Shown here: positions 61,904 to 64,000 of the stretch, in pieces
Numbering within the stretch: position 1 is the stretch's first letter
Layout: each line of letters opens with the position of its first letter
Assembly: GCA_965215265.1 (NCBI GenBank)
Contig: OZ244048.1
Span: 512,001-576,000 of the forward strand
From: Candidatus Poribacteria bacterium
GTDB lineage: Bacteria; Poribacteria; WGA-4E; WGA-3G
Direction of reading: 5' to 3'
Length of the DNA: 64,000 bases
Translations under genes and position numbers: made by a program
The notes under the pieces: model-generated
The model's database searches: none
The model's input: the letters and a program-made list of their open reading frames with translations, nothing else
What the model was told of the DNA's origin: nothing

Positions 61904-63658
61904 TTACTCGTTTTCCGGTTCCGTTATGACCAGTTGTTGGTTCGCCGTGACGTTCTTCAGCCCCTGCACAGTGCCACTTTGCCAATGAATTTCAAGATAT
62001 GGGATGGCAGTGTGGGAACCCAGTCCAAACAGCAAACGACTGTCATTGCTACTCAGGTAACTTGCATTTCGGCGGACTTCACGTGTTGCTGAGGAATCCG
62101 GGAATTTCAACGTGACACGCGTCCCGATACCGTCCCGGTTGCTTATTGTACCAACTGTTTTGAGCCGCAGCCAATTGTGGATGCCCTGACTCTCATTGCG
62201 CAGTAGTGTTACCTTGCCATTTAGCTGCGTGACAACCACATCGGTGTCACCGTCGTTGTCGTAGTCCCCAAAGCATGCCCCACGGCTAACCTTGTGACTG
62301 GCGGCTTTCGTTTCTATGGACTCATGTCTCTCAAATGGCATTTCGACAAACGTCCCATCGCGGCGGTTTCGGAAAAGTTGATTGGGTTGGGCATAAGATA
62401 GAACATCTGTCAGTTTTGCGATGTTTGGAAAGATGTGCCCATTCGCGACAAAAATATCAAGGGCTCCATCATTATCGGCATCAAGAAAACCTGCCCCGAA
62501 CCCTAAATAGAGATAACTTTCCTCACCTAAGCACGCTTGGTAACTTACATCGGTGAACGTGGCATCGCCATTATTCCGATAAAGAGTATTTGTTTCATAA
62601 GAGAAATTTGTGACGAAAATATCAAGGAATCCATCGGCATTGTAGTCAGCAACGTCTACGCCCATGCCGGCTTGTGCTACTCCATCTGCACTGTAAGCAC
62701 ATCCGGTGAGAATGGCGAGTTCACCGAAGGTGCCGTCGCCTTTGTTATAAAAAAGGTAGTTAGGTGTATCATCATTTGCTATGTAAATATCGGGATATCC
62801 ATCGGTATCAAAATCTGCGGCTACAACGCCTAACCCTTTGCCATGGAACATGCCTCCCGGATCTCGAATGTTTGCTGCTTCGGTTACATCTGTAAAGGTG
62901 CTATCTCCGTTATTTCGGTAGAGCCTATCCGGTTCGCCTTTAAAGTTTTTCGGATGGCAATAACCGCGAACCCGCTTTGTGTTAAAACCGTTGTCCAAGG
63001 TGAGGTTTTCATGGCACGGCGGATGAGGTGTATCTAAGGCATAGTGCAGGTAGTTAACAACGTAGAGGTCCAGGTCGCCATCCTTATCGTAATCTAAGAA
63101 GGTTGCGCTGCTACTCCAGCGCGTATCCCCTGTTCCAGATTGGGCGGTGGCATCAGTGAAACCGCCAACACCATTGTTGTGATAGAGCCGGTTTTTTCCA
63201 AAATTGGTTAGGTAGAGATCTACGTAACCATCATTATCATAATCACCGCATGCTACCCCATGCCCATAGTTGCCACGATTGCTTGCACCGCCAGCTTCAG
63301 GAACATCGGTAAAGGAACCGTCCCCGTTATTTCGGTAGAGTGCACTCGGTGCCGCACCATTAACGAAGTAAAGATCGAGATATCCATCGTTGTCATAATC
63401 AAAAAATGCCGCCCCGGCACCCAATGTCTCAGGCAGATGATAGTCGCCTGTTGCACCGTTTGTGTGCGTAAAGTGGAGCCCTGCAATCTGGGTAACATCT
63501 TTAAAGTAGATAGAGGGTTCAATAGGGAGGGCGGAGAAAGGGTATAGGATCAAGACTATCAGAAGACTGACTATAAGGCAAATATATTTTTTCCATGGGA
63601 CAGTGGCTGGGACGGGTTCATCAAAGTGAAGCGCCGGCTCTAAAAGTATGGGTGTCAT
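61904..63658 (-). CDS. CRTAC1 family FG-GAP + ASPIC/UnbV protein
   Basis: F.DVT..AG, repeated DYDNDG.LDLY..N, SRGACFGDYDNDGD and SYLSSND.RL.FGLG. Confidence 0.88.
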   Translation of the reverse strand: MTPILLEPALHFDEPVPATVPWKKYICLIVSLLIVLILYPFSALPIEPSIYFKDVTQIAGLHFTHTNGATGDYHLPETLGAGAAFFDYDNDGYLDLYFVNGAAPSALYRNNGDGSFTDVPEAGGASNRGNYGHGVACGDYDNDGYVDLYLTNFGKNRLYHNNGVGGFTDATAQSGTGDTRWSSSATFLDYDKDGDLDLYVVNYLHYALDTPHPPCHENLTLDNGFNTKRVRGYCHPKNFKGEPDRLYRNNGDSTFTDVTEAANIRDPGGMFHGKGLGVVAADFDTDGYPDIYIANDDTPNYLFYNKGDGTFGELAILTGCAYSADGVAQAGMGVDVADYNADGFLDIFVTNFSYETNTLYRNNGDATFTDVSYQACLGEESYLYLGFGAGFLDADNDGALDIFVANGHIFPNIAKLTDVLSYAQPNQLFRNRRDGTFVEMPFERHESIETKAASHKVSRGACFGDYDNDGDTDVVVTQLNGKVTLLRNESQGIHNWLRLKTVGTISNRDGIGTRVTLKFPDSSATREVRRNASYLSSNDSRLLFGLGSHTAIPYLEIHWQSGTVQGLKNVTANQQLVITEPENE

Positions 63659-63676
63659 GTGTGCGTCCCAGCAGAT

Positions 63677-64000
63677 TTAACCGTACATCTCCCGCAGAAT
63701 TTGACGGATGTCTGGTGCGTCGGCGAGGTAACGGCTTTCCGCTTCTTCTTTGACATTTTCGGGTATACTGTGAAGTGCCTCCGCCATCGCCCCGGCGATG
63801 GCGGCAAGGGTATCAGAGTCACCTCCAAGGGAGATGGCATTACAAACCGCGTCTTCAAAATTCGCTGATTCTAAGGCACACGTGACAGCCTGCGGCACCG
63901 TGCCTTGGCACGTCATGTCAAACTCGTATGTGGGACGAATATCCACCACTGTCCGGGTTAAGTCGTAGTCGTACGTCGTAGCGATAACGTTGCGGATGTC
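63677..64000 (-). CDS. ADP-ribosylglycohydrolase family protein (5' truncated by window edge)
   Basis: CQGTVPQA, FEDAV.NAISLGGDSDTLAAIAGAMAEA. Confidence 0.88.
   Translation of the reverse strand, partial: DIRNVIATTYDYDLTRTVVDIRPTYEFDMTCQGTVPQAVTCALESANFEDAVCNAISLGGDSDTLAAIAGAMAEALHSIPENVKEEAESRYLADAPDIRQILREMYG

Noticed and set aside
63781-63804. GC-rich palindrome CCGCCATCGCC/GGCGATGGCGG
   Set aside because: Explained by codons for the conserved AAIAGAMAE segment of the ADP-ribosylglycohydrolase.

Overview
Bacterial chromosomal window; the gene mix (PhyH dioxygenase, WD40, TPR, FG-GAP/CRTAC1 proteins) suggests a Poribacteria-like organism, which is inference only. Bases 1-23.6 kb are a composite CRISPR-Cas locus: the end of a type III-A module (csm4, csm5, CARF-HEPN csx1/TM1812), a type I-B module (cas8b1/cst1, cas7, cas5, cas3, cas4, cas1, cas2) and an array of about 170 repeats (CTTTTAATCGCACCAATTTGGAATCGAAAC). 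The rest is housekeeping and accessory genes (dnaE, acnA, clpB, MFS, cyclase-ATPase-TPR, VWA, M28, a UGSC selenoprotein, a frameshifted DNA methyltransferase). The strongest finding lies between the two cas modules. A degenerate mini-array (3368-3458) carries a spacer that matches the predicted transcription start of a perfect sigma70 promoter about 120 bp downstream. The match has a CCA PAM and mismatches exactly at positions 6, 12 and 18. That promoter drives an unknown 140-aa ORF, making this a candidate Cascade-repressed toxin or regulatory module with an unrecognised protein. Other notable items are a family of modular palindromic repeats inserted in-frame into proteins, an ectopic repeat-spacer-repeat unit at 43.35 kb, and a G8-tract frameshift in the methyltransferase. 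All product calls come from motif recognition by eye, not database searches.
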